From positions 260 through 64,259 of the forward strand of contig JAVZGQ010000004.1 in the NCBI GenBank assembly GCA_038998585.1: 64,000 bases of DNA, read 5' to 3'. Position 1 is the first letter of the stretch; each line of letters starts with the position of its first letter. A program made the translations under genes and the position numbers. The DNA comes from Candidatus Aenigmatarchaeota archaeon (GTDB lineage Archaea > Aenigmatarchaeota > Aenigmatarchaeia > CG10238-14 > SCSR01). This document shows positions 1 to 9,313 of the stretch, piece by piece. Below the pieces are notes generated by a model that saw only the letters and a list, made by a program, of their open reading frames with translations, was not told where the DNA came from and did not search any database.

Positions 1-2
1 TT

Positions 3-404
3 GGTTTACCGGCAGGGCCTGACATCGAGAGTTCTGATGAAATAATAATAGTAGAGGGTAGAGCAGATGTTTTAAATCTTCTTAAAAATGGGGTTAAAAA
101 TGTGGTTGCAATAGAAGGTGCAAAAATACCCCAAACAATAGTTGATTTAACAAAAGAAAAAATAACAATATTATTCGTTGATGGTGATAGAGGAGGAGAC
201 TTAATAATCAAAGAAATGCTTCAAGTTGGAGAGGTAGATTACATAGTAAAAGCTCCCGAAGGAAAAGAGGTAGAGGAATTAACGAAAAAAGAGATATTCA
301 AGGCTTTGAGAGAAAAAATACCTGCAGATCAATATAAAATTGAACCAAAAACAAAAGAACTGAAAGATTTTATTTCAAAAAATCCTCAAGAAAGCTCGGT
401 TTGA
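3..404 (+). CDS. dnaG: DNA primase DnaG (Toprim domain), 5' end cut by window edge
   Basis: Frame open from nt 3; IIIVEGRADVLNLL..VAIEG..ILFVDGDRGGDLI shows the Toprim Glu and DxD motifs of archaeal DnaG. Confidence 0.8.
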   Translation, partial: GLPAGPDIESSDEIIIVEGRADVLNLLKNGVKNVVAIEGAKIPQTIVDLTKEKITILFVDGDRGGDLIIKEMLQVGEVDYIVKAPEGKEVEELTKKEIFKALREKIPADQYKIEPKTKELKDFISKNPQESSV

Positions 405-922
405 TGAAGTATTGAATAGATAGGACCAGTTTTCTTTAGTTCACTTTTTATCAATTGAATCGCGTTAATAACAAATTTACCATGTGGTTTATTTTCTTCA
501 AATATAAATTTTCTCACTTCATGCTTGTTTTTTATACTTTTGACTCTACATAAAGTGATATGAGCTGGTTTCGAATCACCTTTTATATTTTTGTTAATTT
601 CATCAAAAAGTGATTTTAAGTTGTTTGTTTCATCAAAAACATCGAGTACAATCACTCTAATGTATTTATCACTTGGTATTGCTTTCATTCCCCCAATTTT
701 AACTTCAAATTTTTTGAATTTTTTACCAACTACATCAATCTTTTCATAAATTTCTTTGATTTGACTCTCTTGAATTTCTCCAAGAAAAGAGAAATTTAAG
801 TGTAAATTTTCTTTTTCAACCATCTTACATACAATAGGCCATTTTTTAATCTTGTTTTGCAACTCTACAATTTCTTCTTTTATATCTTCAGGAAGCAAGT
901 ACCCGACAAAACACCTTACCAT
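386..922 (-). CDS. thpR: 2H phosphoesterase (RNA 2',3'-cyclic phosphodiesterase / 2'-5' RNA ligase family)
   Basis: 178 aa with two HxT/S motifs (HLNFSF, HITLCR) spaced as in LigT/ThpR. Confidence 0.75.
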   Translation of the reverse strand: MVRCFVGYLLPEDIKEEIVELQNKIKKWPIVCKMVEKENLHLNFSFLGEIQESQIKEIYEKIDVVGKKFKKFEVKIGGMKAIPSDKYIRVIVLDVFDETNNLKSLFDEINKNIKGDSKPAHITLCRVKSIKNKHEVRKFIFEENKPHGKFVINAIQLIKSELKKTGPIYSILHQTELS

Positions 923-975
923 ATTTTTTAATAGTAAAATAAAAGTTTAAATTTAATAAAATATATTTTAATTTT

Positions 976-1239
976 ATGACAGAAACAAAAATTAAGGCAG
1001 CCGATGTTATAGGTAAGACGATAATAAGTGAGGAGACGGGTAGGAAGTTTGGTGTAGTAAACAACATTGATTTTGTAACAGAAAGTGGGGAGCTACTAAA
1101 CATTATAGTTGAGCAACCAACAAAATATTTAATCGATCTTAATCTAAAAACAGACGACAAGGGAAGGTACTTAATTCCATTCAGTGCAGTAAAATCAGTT
1201 GGAGATTTTGTGGTAGTTAGCGAAAACGAATTAATATAA
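976..1239 (+). CDS. PRC-barrel domain protein
   Basis: 87 aa; VIGKTIISEETGRKFGVVNNIDF...YLIPFSAVKSVGDFVVV resembles archaeal PRC-barrel proteins. Confidence 0.55.
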   Translation: MTETKIKAADVIGKTIISEETGRKFGVVNNIDFVTESGELLNIIVEQPTKYLIDLNLKTDDKGRYLIPFSAVKSVGDFVVVSENELI

Positions 1240-1257
1240 AAAATATTTTAATCTCCT

Positions 1258-2247
1258 TTACTTAAACCATTTTATTTCATCTATTCTCCATTTTGGGTTT
1301 ATGATATCATTAAAATTTGATTTCCAATTATTTTTGTAAGCCAGAAGACCAGTCCAAGCCACCATAACCCCATTATCCCCACTGTATTTATTAGGCACTA
1401 CAAACATCTTTACTGCCCTTTCTTCACACATTTTATTCACCATATCTTGCAGTCTTTTATTTGCAGCTACCCCACCAACTAACAAAACTTCATTTTTTCC
1501 TGTGTGGGCCAAAGCCCTTTCTGTCACTTCTGTCAACATAGCAAAACAAGTTTCTTGTAGAGAATAAGCAATATTTTCTTTTGAAATACCTTTTTTTAAT
1601 AAACTAATGGCCGCGGTTGCAATTCCACTATAACTCACATCCATTCCTTTAACCACATAAGGCAATTCTATATATTTTCCATTTTTAGCTAATTTTTCAA
1701 TTTCAGGGCCGCCGGGCATAGGAAGACCCATTTCTCTCGCAACCATATCCAAACAATTCCCTATTGGAATGTCTTCAGTTTCTCCAAACACTCTATAAAC
1801 TTCTTCAACAAAAGCTATTATTTGAGTATTTCCTCCAGACAAATAAACGAAGATAGGATCTTCGGCTTTAGTTGTAAGAAGACCAATCTCTAAATGTGCT
1901 ATTTGGTGACAAACAGGGATTAAAGGCTTACCTATTTTTTTTGAAATATCTTTAGCAAAATTCGCACCAACTAATAGACAAGGTGGTAAGCCAGCTCCAG
2001 CAACGTAAGCTATTATATCAACATCTTCAATTTTCAAACTAGCTCTTTCCAGAGCATTTTTAAGAACTCCATCAGCAACATTCTCATGATGAGATTTCGC
2101 CTCATTCGGCACTATACCTTTACCTAAAGCTGGTATATAAACACTTCTTTCATCTGCTAGAATTTCTCCCCTTTCATTTACAATTCCAATTCCAAATGTA
2201 TGGGCGCTCGACTCAACTCCAAGGCAAATTAATTCTTTTTCTTTCAT
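1258..2247 (-). CDS. kae1: tRNA N6-adenosine threonylcarbamoyltransferase Kae1
   Basis: 329 aa; LGVESSAHTFGIGIV N-terminus, metal-binding VCHQIAHLE and overall Kae1/OSGEP layout; no fused Bud32 domain. Confidence 0.9.
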   Translation of the reverse strand: MKEKELICLGVESSAHTFGIGIVNERGEILADERSVYIPALGKGIVPNEAKSHHENVADGVLKNALERASLKIEDVDIIAYVAGAGLPPCLLVGANFAKDISKKIGKPLIPVCHQIAHLEIGLLTTKAEDPIFVYLSGGNTQIIAFVEEVYRVFGETEDIPIGNCLDMVAREMGLPMPGGPEIEKLAKNGKYIELPYVVKGMDVSYSGIATAAISLLKKGISKENIAYSLQETCFAMLTEVTERALAHTGKNEVLLVGGVAANKRLQDMVNKMCEERAVKMFVVPNKYSGDNGVMVAWTGLLAYKNNWKSNFNDIINPKWRIDEIKWFK

Positions 2248-2401
2248 AAGATCAATTATTTAAAATTATATAAAAATTAAAAAATCTATGGATGTTGAAG
2301 GATTTTCTACCTTGTATAAATAATCGGAAAAAAATATTCAAGAGAAGATTGTTTAAGATAATCTAGTAGTATTTACATTAAAAAAATATGAGTGTAATTT
2401 T

Positions 2402-4576
2402 ATGAAAGACATAGAAATAGTTGATAAAGTTTTGTCTTTATATAACTTTAAGGAACTTAATCCGATGCAGAACTTAGCTATTAAATCAGGTCTTCTTAAA
2501 GGAAGAAATATGGTTATATCAGCTCCCACAGCTAGTGGTAAGACTTTATGTGCTGAGATAGCAATGTTAAAAACTTTTTTTGAAAAAAAGAAGAAGAAGG
2601 TTATTTACACCGTTCCTCTAGTAGCGCTAGCTGGAGAAAAATACCAAAATTTTAAAGAAAAATACGAAAAACTGGGATATAAAATAGCGATTTCTGTTGG
2701 GGATTTTGATTCAAGTGATCCTTGGCTTACTGATTATGATTTGATTGTTTGTACGAATGAGAAGCTAGATTCTCTAATAAGACATGGAGCCGGATGGGTT
2801 GAAGAAATTGGATTAATAGTCGTTGATGAAATTCATCTTTTAAATGATCCTAGTAGAGGACCGACTCTTGAAATCTTGTTGACCCGATTGAGAGAAATCG
2901 TGCCAGGAGCACAAATTCTTGCTTTGTCTGCAACCATAAACAATGCTAAAGAACTTGCTGAATGGTTGGATGCACAACTTTTAAAAAGCGATTTCAGGCC
3001 AGTTAAACTTTACGAGGGTGTTTGTTATGATTCAAAGATTTTCTTTTACAACAAAAAAGGATACGAGTTGAGTAATTTGGAACCAGAGTCAGCTATAGCA
3101 GAAAATGTTTTAAAACTAAAAAAACAAGCTTTGTTTTTTGTTGCGACGAGAAGATCTACAGAAAACTTAGCAGAAAAATTAAGTAAACTAACCAAGTTTT
3201 ATTTGAAAAAGGAAGAGGAGAAAAATCTTTTAGGGCTGTCTAAAGAAATATTAAACGTTTTAGAAGTACCAACACAACAATGTAAAAGGCTTGCATCTTG
3301 CATTAAAAGTGGAGTGGCATTTCATCATGCTGGATTGTTGGGAAAGCAAAAGAGATTAATAGAAGAAAATTTCAGACATGGATTAATTAAAATAATAGTT
3401 GCAACACCAACTCTTGCCTTTGGTGTAAATTTACCTGCTTTCCGTGTTATAATTAGGGATTTAAAAAGATATTATCCTGGTATAGGAACAGTTTACATTC
3501 CAGTTCTAGAATATAAACAGTTTGCTGGCAGGGCAGGAAGACCAGCTTATGATGAGTTTGGCGAGTCTGTATTGATAGCAAAAACAGAAGAAGAGGCTCA
3601 AGATATGGTCGATCATTTTATTATGGGTCAACCAGAGGACATTAAATCCAAGCTTGCCTTAGAGCCTATTTTGAGGATGCATACATTAGCTTTGATTGCG
3701 AGCGAATTTTGTAATTCAGAAGAATCTTTAAACAAATTTTTCTCAAAAACTTTTTACGCTTATCAATTTGGGAATACATTGATTTTAGAAGAGAAAATAT
3801 ATAATATTTTGGAACAGCTTATAAGTTGGGGACTCGTTGTTTTTAAAAATGGAAAATTTTTAGCCACAAAAATAGGCAAACGTGTTTCCGAACTCTATAT
3901 AGATCCTTTAACAGCTCATCAATTCATAGAAGCTTTAAAAAATATGATTAAAAAGAAAGTCCATCCTTTTGGATTGTTGCATTTGATTTCAAACTCAGTT
4001 GAAATGAGACCTTTGCTTTCTGTAAGGGTAAGCGAGTTTTCAGAGTTTGAAGATGTTTTGGTGAAAAGAGAGGATGAGCTTTTACAAAAAATTCCAGATG
4101 AATCTGAAATTGAGTTTGATGATTTCTTGAGAAGTTTGAAGACTGCATTGATGTTTGAAGCTTGGATAGAAGAAGCTACAGAAGATGAAATTTTAACCAA
4201 GTTTAGAGTTGCTCCGGGAGAATTTTATGGAAGAAGGGAAATTGCTGACTGGCTAATTTACTCTTTACAAGAGCTTGCTTTATTACTTGGATATAAAGAT
4301 TTGTTAAAAGAGATAAGAAAGTTGAGAATTAGGATGGAATATGGTATTAAAGAAGAACTTATACCTTTGGTTAGAATGAAACAAATTGGACGTATAAGGG
4401 CAAGAAAGTTGTTTAATTCAGGAATAAAGTCTTTGTTAGATTTGAGGAATATATCAATTGATAAACTTTCAGTTATCGTTGGACCAAATGTTGCAAGGAT
4501 TATTAAGTGTCAATTAGAAGGAAAAAGAGAAGATATGAAAAAGATAGATAAACAACAAACTCTTAAAAAATTTTAG
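2402..4576 (+). CDS. hel308: Ski2-like DNA helicase Hel308
   Basis: 724 aa; Walker A APTASGKT, DEIH box, C-terminal ratchet/HhH region; ends in TAG. Confidence 0.9.
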   Translation: MKDIEIVDKVLSLYNFKELNPMQNLAIKSGLLKGRNMVISAPTASGKTLCAEIAMLKTFFEKKKKKVIYTVPLVALAGEKYQNFKEKYEKLGYKIAISVGDFDSSDPWLTDYDLIVCTNEKLDSLIRHGAGWVEEIGLIVVDEIHLLNDPSRGPTLEILLTRLREIVPGAQILALSATINNAKELAEWLDAQLLKSDFRPVKLYEGVCYDSKIFFYNKKGYELSNLEPESAIAENVLKLKKQALFFVATRRSTENLAEKLSKLTKFYLKKEEEKNLLGLSKEILNVLEVPTQQCKRLASCIKSGVAFHHAGLLGKQKRLIEENFRHGLIKIIVATPTLAFGVNLPAFRVIIRDLKRYYPGIGTVYIPVLEYKQFAGRAGRPAYDEFGESVLIAKTEEEAQDMVDHFIMGQPEDIKSKLALEPILRMHTLALIASEFCNSEESLNKFFSKTFYAYQFGNTLILEEKIYNILEQLISWGLVVFKNGKFLATKIGKRVSELYIDPLTAHQFIEALKNMIKKKVHPFGLLHLISNSVEMRPLLSVRVSEFSEFEDVLVKREDELLQKIPDESEIEFDDFLRSLKTALMFEAWIEEATEDEILTKFRVAPGEFYGRREIADWLIYSLQELALLLGYKDLLKEIRKLRIRMEYGIKEELIPLVRMKQIGRIRARKLFNSGIKSLLDLRNISIDKLSVIVGPNVARIIKCQLEGKREDMKKIDKQQTLKKF

Positions 4577-4663
4577 TGGGGTTGCTGGGATTTGAACCCA
4601 GGTTACGAGCGCCCGAGGCTTCCACAGGATTTCGTGTCCTAAACCAAGCTAGACTACAACCCC
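4577..4663 (-). tRNA. tRNA-Pro (anticodon CGG) with a 12-nt insertion in the 5' strand of the anticodon stem (about 4620..4631)
   Basis: Hand fold on the minus strand: acceptor GGGGTTG/CAACCCC and T arm CTGGG-TTCAAAT-CCCAG. Removing AATCCTGTGGAA gives stem CGAGC/GCTCG and loop CTCGGGC. No encoded CCA. Confidence 0.8.
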
Positions 4664-4678
4664 TCAATTAGAATTAGT

Positions 4679-5272
4679 TCATTGTTTTATTTCTAAACTT
4701 ATCTTAACTTTGGTTTGAGGACTCCTCAATTTTTCAATTAAAGCATGTTTAATTTCATTTGCAGATTTATCTGATAGAATTGCAACAGTTTTGTTATCAA
4801 TGACAGAATCTTTCCTTATAACAATTTCTTTTTTACTTTTAAGTTTAAGGGCAGGTGAGCCATAGGCAATAAAAAATTCCTCTTCTCCTTCAACTTCAAT
4901 TTTTATTTCAACTCTTTTAGCACTTTTAATAGCAGCTTTAAATTCTTCACTCAAATCTTCACAAGCTTTATCACAATTAACAGCAATTGTAGCGTTGTCG
5001 ACATCCAAATCTTTAGTTATTCTTATCATAAAATTATTGGAGGCTTTGATTTCAGGGTGGCCATAACCAAAAATTTCTTCTTTTGTTGGTTTCAACTCCA
5101 TTAAGAGTTTCCAACCACTTTCTGTGGGTATGTAGGCACCACCAGCAGTATAATGAACCATTCCCTTGCTTTCTAAAGTTTCAAGAACATCTCTAATCAT
5201 ATCTGGTGTTATAGATGGTGATGGCTCTGGAGCAGTTTCAGGCGGTTGTTGTATTTTTCTTATTTCTTTCAT
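4679..5272 (-). CDS. DUF371 family protein with N-terminal winged-helix-like region
   Basis: 197 aa; GYGHPEIKASNNFMIRITKD...AVNCDKA resembles the archaeal DUF371 signature. Confidence 0.5.
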   Translation of the reverse strand: MKEIRKIQQPPETAPEPSPSITPDMIRDVLETLESKGMVHYTAGGAYIPTESGWKLLMELKPTKEEIFGYGHPEIKASNNFMIRITKDLDVDNATIAVNCDKACEDLSEEFKAAIKSAKRVEIKIEVEGEEEFFIAYGSPALKLKSKKEIVIRKDSVIDNKTVAILSDKSANEIKHALIEKLRSPQTKVKISLEIKQ

Positions 5273-6018
5273 TCTATCTTCCTTGCAAAAGTTATGAAAC
5301 CCGTGTGCATTATTCCTATCGTCTTAGGTCTTGTCGTCATCTCAGTTCGCCATTCCCGTACTATATTTTCTACAGTCTTAATATAAGAAAAGTTTAACTC
5401 CCTTATTTTTTTTGTCACAGCAATGACCTCTTCTATTGTTGGCGAGTAAACGACAAGCCAGCCACCAACTTTTAATGCTTTATAAATATGTTTAATAATC
5501 CTTTCAGGATTTTTAATATCTAATGTTACAAGATCAACATTTTTCTCAAAAATCCCCTTTCCAGCATCTTTATTTTTAATCTTGATGAAATTAGAAAGAC
5601 CAAAAATTTTTACATTTTTTCTAGCTATTTTTACCATTTTTTCGTCTTTTTCATAACTCACAACTTTACCTGGTTTTATATAACTTGCCAGAAAAATTGC
5701 TAAAAAACCAGAGCCAGTTCCCACATCAACTATAGAACTTCCTTGGGAGATTCCAGTATAAGCCAAAATCAAGGCAGCATCTTTCGGCATTATTATTTGT
5801 GGTCCTCTTTTAGCTTTCTTTTCTAAAAAATCGATCAAGTTTGGTTTAACTATTCTAAATTCTTTTTTGAGATGAGTTTTTATTTTATCACCAATTTTCT
5901 TCTTTAGAATTTTATTCAAATCAAAAACCCCATCTTTTGTTGAAAGCTTTCCCTTTCTAGCTTCTACCAAGTAAGAAGAATTTTTTGATAAAATTAAAAT
6001 CAATTCTCCCTCTTTCAA
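5269..6018 (-). CDS. trmI: tRNA (adenine-N1)-methyltransferase TrmI/Gcd14 family
   Basis: 249 aa; SAM-binding VDVGTGSGFLAIFLA, N-terminal beta domain, GCD14-like layout. Confidence 0.8.
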   Translation of the reverse strand: MKEGELILILSKNSSYLVEARKGKLSTKDGVFDLNKILKKKIGDKIKTHLKKEFRIVKPNLIDFLEKKAKRGPQIIMPKDAALILAYTGISQGSSIVDVGTGSGFLAIFLASYIKPGKVVSYEKDEKMVKIARKNVKIFGLSNFIKIKNKDAGKGIFEKNVDLVTLDIKNPERIIKHIYKALKVGGWLVVYSPTIEEVIAVTKKIRELNFSYIKTVENIVREWRTEMTTRPKTIGIMHTGFITFARKIE

Positions 6019-6090
6019 AATATCACCAATTAAATGATTGTAAATTTAAGCTTTAATCAATTATTATAAAATTAAATATTTTTACTTCAA

Positions 6091-6318
6091 TTACCATTTT
6101 TTTAACAAAATAAAAATTGTTAGCATAATTGCAAAAATAGTTATAGTTAAAATAAAAGCTCTTTTATCACTCCATACCCCAAATGGTATTGGTCCTATCA
6201 AACCAAAAAATCCCCACTCAGTTTTTAAATTTTTTGAACTTAAGACTGCTCCTAAGAAAATTAAAAGAAAACCGAAAAAAATAAGCAAAAATCCAGTTAA
6301 GATCAATTTTTCTTCCAT
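6091..6318 (-). CDS. small integral membrane protein (possibly DUF131/TIGR00304 family)
   Basis: 75 aa, three hydrophobic segments, GLIGPIPFG motif. Confidence 0.45.
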   Translation of the reverse strand: MEEKLILTGFLLIFFGFLLIFLGAVLSSKNLKTEWGFFGLIGPIPFGVWSDKRAFILTITIFAIMLTIFILLKKW

Positions 6319-6353
6319 CTATGTATATTAATCTTCATTGATAAATAAAAACT

Positions 6354-7424
6354 ATGCGTGCTTACTTAGTTACAACCTTGCTGGGAGTTTTTGGTGTTAG
6401 TGAAGATAATAAGATAATTTGTTTTGAGTTTTTCCCCAAAAATCCTGAAAAAATAGTAGAAAAGATAAGATTTTCTGAAAGAGAAATTATAGAAGAAGAG
6501 AAGAAAGTTCAAGAAGATTTGAAGAAAAGAGGATTTAAAGAAATATTATTTTCAGTTGAAAAACCAGGTGTCAATTATCAGAAAGGGAATAGAGCAGAAC
6601 AATTTATAAAAGAAAACCTACGAAATTTAGCTTTAGAGCACAAGTTTGTAAAAGATCAGGCAGAATTCAACCAACTTTTGACTAAAATTAACATAGAGTT
6701 GACAAAAGAAAAAATCAAAAAAACAGTAGAAAAAGATAGCTTTGTTATTCAAATCGTGAGGTTGATTGAAGATATAGACAAAACAACAAACATTTTGATT
6801 GAAAGACTGAGAGAATTTTATAGTTTACATTTTCCAGAAATGGATAGAATTGTACAAGATCACAAAAAATATGTTAAGATAGTTGAAGAGTATGGTTTAA
6901 GAGAAAAAATAGAAAATTCTGAGCTAAGAGAAATTGCTAAAAAAAGTATGGGAATTGACTTAAGAGAAGATGAAATAAGAACTATCCAATTAGTTGCAAG
7001 TGAAATACTAAATCTTTATAAACTTAAGGATGTTTTGTCAGAACAATTAGAAAAAATTTTGAAAGAGATTGCTCCAAATTTCACAGAGCTTGCAGGTACA
7101 ATGCTTTCAGCTAAGCTTATGGCTAAGGCCGGTGGTCTTGAAAAATTGGCTAAAATGCCTTCAAGTGCGATTCAACTTATGGGAGCAGAAAAAAGTCTTT
7201 TTAGATTCTTACACGGCAAGGGGAGGTCACCAAGATTTGGAATTATTTTTAGCCACCCTTTAGTTTCAAGTGCACCAGAAAAGTTGAAGGGTAAAATAGC
7301 AAGGATAGTTGCTTCTAAACTTTCAATTGCAGCAAAGCTTGATTTTTACTCAAAAGAATATGAGGGGGATAAATTGAAGAAAGAAATGGAAGAAAAAATC
7401 AAAAAAGTTTTATCTAAGTCTTAG
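6354..7424 (+). CDS. nop5: C/D box sRNP core protein Nop5 (Nop56/58)
   Basis: 356 aa; coiled-coil middle, NOP domain AGGLEKLAKMPSSAIQLMGAEKSLFRFL...PRFGIIFSHPLV; ends in TAG. Confidence 0.9.
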   Translation: MRAYLVTTLLGVFGVSEDNKIICFEFFPKNPEKIVEKIRFSEREIIEEEKKVQEDLKKRGFKEILFSVEKPGVNYQKGNRAEQFIKENLRNLALEHKFVKDQAEFNQLLTKINIELTKEKIKKTVEKDSFVIQIVRLIEDIDKTTNILIERLREFYSLHFPEMDRIVQDHKKYVKIVEEYGLREKIENSELREIAKKSMGIDLREDEIRTIQLVASEILNLYKLKDVLSEQLEKILKEIAPNFTELAGTMLSAKLMAKAGGLEKLAKMPSSAIQLMGAEKSLFRFLHGKGRSPRFGIIFSHPLVSSAPEKLKGKIARIVASKLSIAAKLDFYSKEYEGDKLKKEMEEKIKKVLSKS

Positions 7425-7625
7425 TTTCTTTTCAACCAAAAAATAGATAAAAACCCCAATTACACCAAGAATCAAACAAATTGCCAGCCAGACTAACTTG
7501 TATTTTGTACCTTTTTTAGATTTTATAATATCTATCATAGCTGGTATAAAAGCTATTATACTCACAATACCATAGATTTGCAATACCACAAACCATAAAT
7601 TTATTAAATGTTCAAATCCAACCAT
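7410..7625 (-). CDS. small membrane protein with PLD-nuclease N-terminal (PLDc_N) type domain
   Basis: 71 aa, two TM helices, KYKLVWLAICLILGVIGVFIYFLV. Confidence 0.5.
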   Translation of the reverse strand: MVGFEHLINLWFVVLQIYGIVSIIAFIPAMIDIIKSKKGTKYKLVWLAICLILGVIGVFIYFLVEKKLRLR

Positions 7626-7666
7626 ACAAAATATATTTTCTTTCGAATTTAAAATAAGTGTTTAGT

Positions 7667-8338
7667 ATGAAAATAAAAAAACATGAAAAGTTTGATGGAG
7701 TTTTTTTGGTTAATGATAAGCTTGCTACTTTGAATCTTTTGTTTGGTGAAAAAACATATGGAGAAGAATTAGTAAGAGCTGGTGGAAAAGAATATAGAAT
7801 ATGGGATTTCTGGAGAAGTAAGCCCGCAGCTGCTATAAAAAAAGGAATAAAAGAATTTCCAATTAAAAAAAGTACAAAAATTCTTTATCTTGGGATAGCA
7901 AGTGGTACTACTGCTAGTCATTTTAGTGATATCATTGGTAGGGATGGTATAATTTATGGTGTGGAAATTTCAAAAAGAGTGTTAAGAGAATTAATCCCGC
8001 ATGCTGAAAAAAGGGGTAATATAGTTCCAATTCTTGCAGATGCGAGAAAGCCCGAAAGTTATCATAACATTATTTTTGAAAAAGTAAGTGTTGTGTATTG
8101 TGATGTTGCAAGTCCTGATGAACTAGAACTTTTTATAAGGAATTGTTTGAAGTTTCTTGAGCCAAGAGGATATGGTATGGTTGCCGTTAAGTCTAGGAGC
8201 ATAGATGTTCTAAAGAAACCAGATGAAATCTATAGAGAAGCAAGAAAAAAACTAGAAGAAAATTTTGAAATATTGGATTTTGTTAAGTTAGATCCTTATG
8301 ACAAAGACCACGGTTTTTTTGTTGTTAGGTTTAAGTAA
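7667..8338 (+). CDS. flpA: fibrillarin-like rRNA/tRNA 2'-O-methyltransferase
   Basis: YRIWDFWRSKPAAAI, SAM motif ILYLGIASGTTASHFSDI; ATG at 7667 preferred over GTG at 7658. Confidence 0.9.
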   Translation: MKIKKHEKFDGVFLVNDKLATLNLLFGEKTYGEELVRAGGKEYRIWDFWRSKPAAAIKKGIKEFPIKKSTKILYLGIASGTTASHFSDIIGRDGIIYGVEISKRVLRELIPHAEKRGNIVPILADARKPESYHNIIFEKVSVVYCDVASPDELELFIRNCLKFLEPRGYGMVAVKSRSIDVLKKPDEIYREARKKLEENFEILDFVKLDPYDKDHGFFVVRFK

Positions 8339-8835
8339 GATTCAAATTTTTTAAAAATTTCTTTCAAAACTTCAAGATCATCCAAACAATGACTAACTAT
8401 TTCTTCTTTTGCTTTCTTGTCGCCATGAACAGCTTTTAGATAAAGTCTAAGCACATCTCTCCCTTCAATTTCTCTATTTTTTGGGATCCTAAGAGATTTT
8501 GATATTTCTTGCAAACTATTCTTGCTAAATGAAAGATTATTTCTGCAAAATTCCCAAAGATCTAAAGAAGGAATTTCTAACAATCTACTCAAGTCTTCAC
8601 CATTGATTATAGCTCTTGTAATTATGAATGGTATATCAAAACAAGAGCCATACCAAGTTATCACTAATTCACAATCTTCAAGCTCTTTTTTAAGCCACTT
8701 TAAAGCTTCTTTTTCATCTTCTAAACTTTCAACAAATTTGACCTCTTTTTTATTTTCTTTAATTATGCCTATAGCAACAATTTGCCCTATATCGGCTTTG
8801 GTGTTTGTGGTTTCTATATCTAAAAACATCTTCAC
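8296..8835 (-). CDS. RNase H-like fold 3'-5' exonuclease family protein
   Basis: 179 aa; FLDIETT (ExoI-like) and WYGSCFDIPF (ExoII-like) motifs. Confidence 0.55.
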   Translation of the reverse strand: MKMFLDIETTNTKADIGQIVAIGIIKENKKEVKFVESLEDEKEALKWLKKELEDCELVITWYGSCFDIPFIITRAIINGEDLSRLLEIPSLDLWEFCRNNLSFSKNSLQEISKSLRIPKNREIEGRDVLRLYLKAVHGDKKAKEEIVSHCLDDLEVLKEIFKKFESYLNLTTKKPWSLS

Positions 8836-8886
8836 TCAAACCACCTAAATTTAAATTGTTATTAAAAATAAAAAAGAAGGAAAATG

Positions 8887-9000
8887 TCAGACAACTTTCA
8901 AGAACCCCCAAACCTTTCCTCCAGAAACTACATTTGTTCTAATCTTTCTTATTCCCCTGTCCATTAAAAATGATATTTGGATTCTCGCCACCTCTTCCAT
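8887..9000 (-). CDS. possible 37-aa small protein
   Basis: ATG preceded by AGGTGA Shine-Dalgarno at 5-nt spacing; no recognisable family; below the ORF-track length cut-off. Confidence 0.25.
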   Translation of the reverse strand: MEEVARIQISFLMDRGIRKIRTNVVSGGKVWGFLKVV

Positions 9001-9008
9001 TTTTTCAC

Positions 9009-9194
9009 CTAATTATGAAATCCAAGTCTATGGTAAAGGTCTAGATTAAACTCGTGTAAATTTTTCTGCATTTCAACTTCTCTTCCTATCTTTTCAAGAA
9101 AACTCCCTAAACAATCTCTACAAAAAACTCTTTTCTCACCAAATCCGTCAATAAATTTTATCGTTCTTTCTGACCTACATCTCAAGCATCTCAT
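9009..9194 (-). CDS. zinc-ribbon small protein
   Basis: 61 aa; CxxC (CLRC) and CxxC (CRDC) pairs. Confidence 0.4.
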   Translation of the reverse strand: MRCLRCRSERTIKFIDGFGEKRVFCRDCLGSFLEKIGREVEMQKNLHEFNLDLYHRLGFHN

Positions 9195-9313
9195 TCTCTC
9201 TTTTTAATATCTTGATAAGCATGGTATAGATGTCTTTTCTAACAACATTTCCGAAATTTCCGATGAATTCTATAAATAGAGAAATTAAACCTATTTTTTA
9301 TATAAAATAAGGC

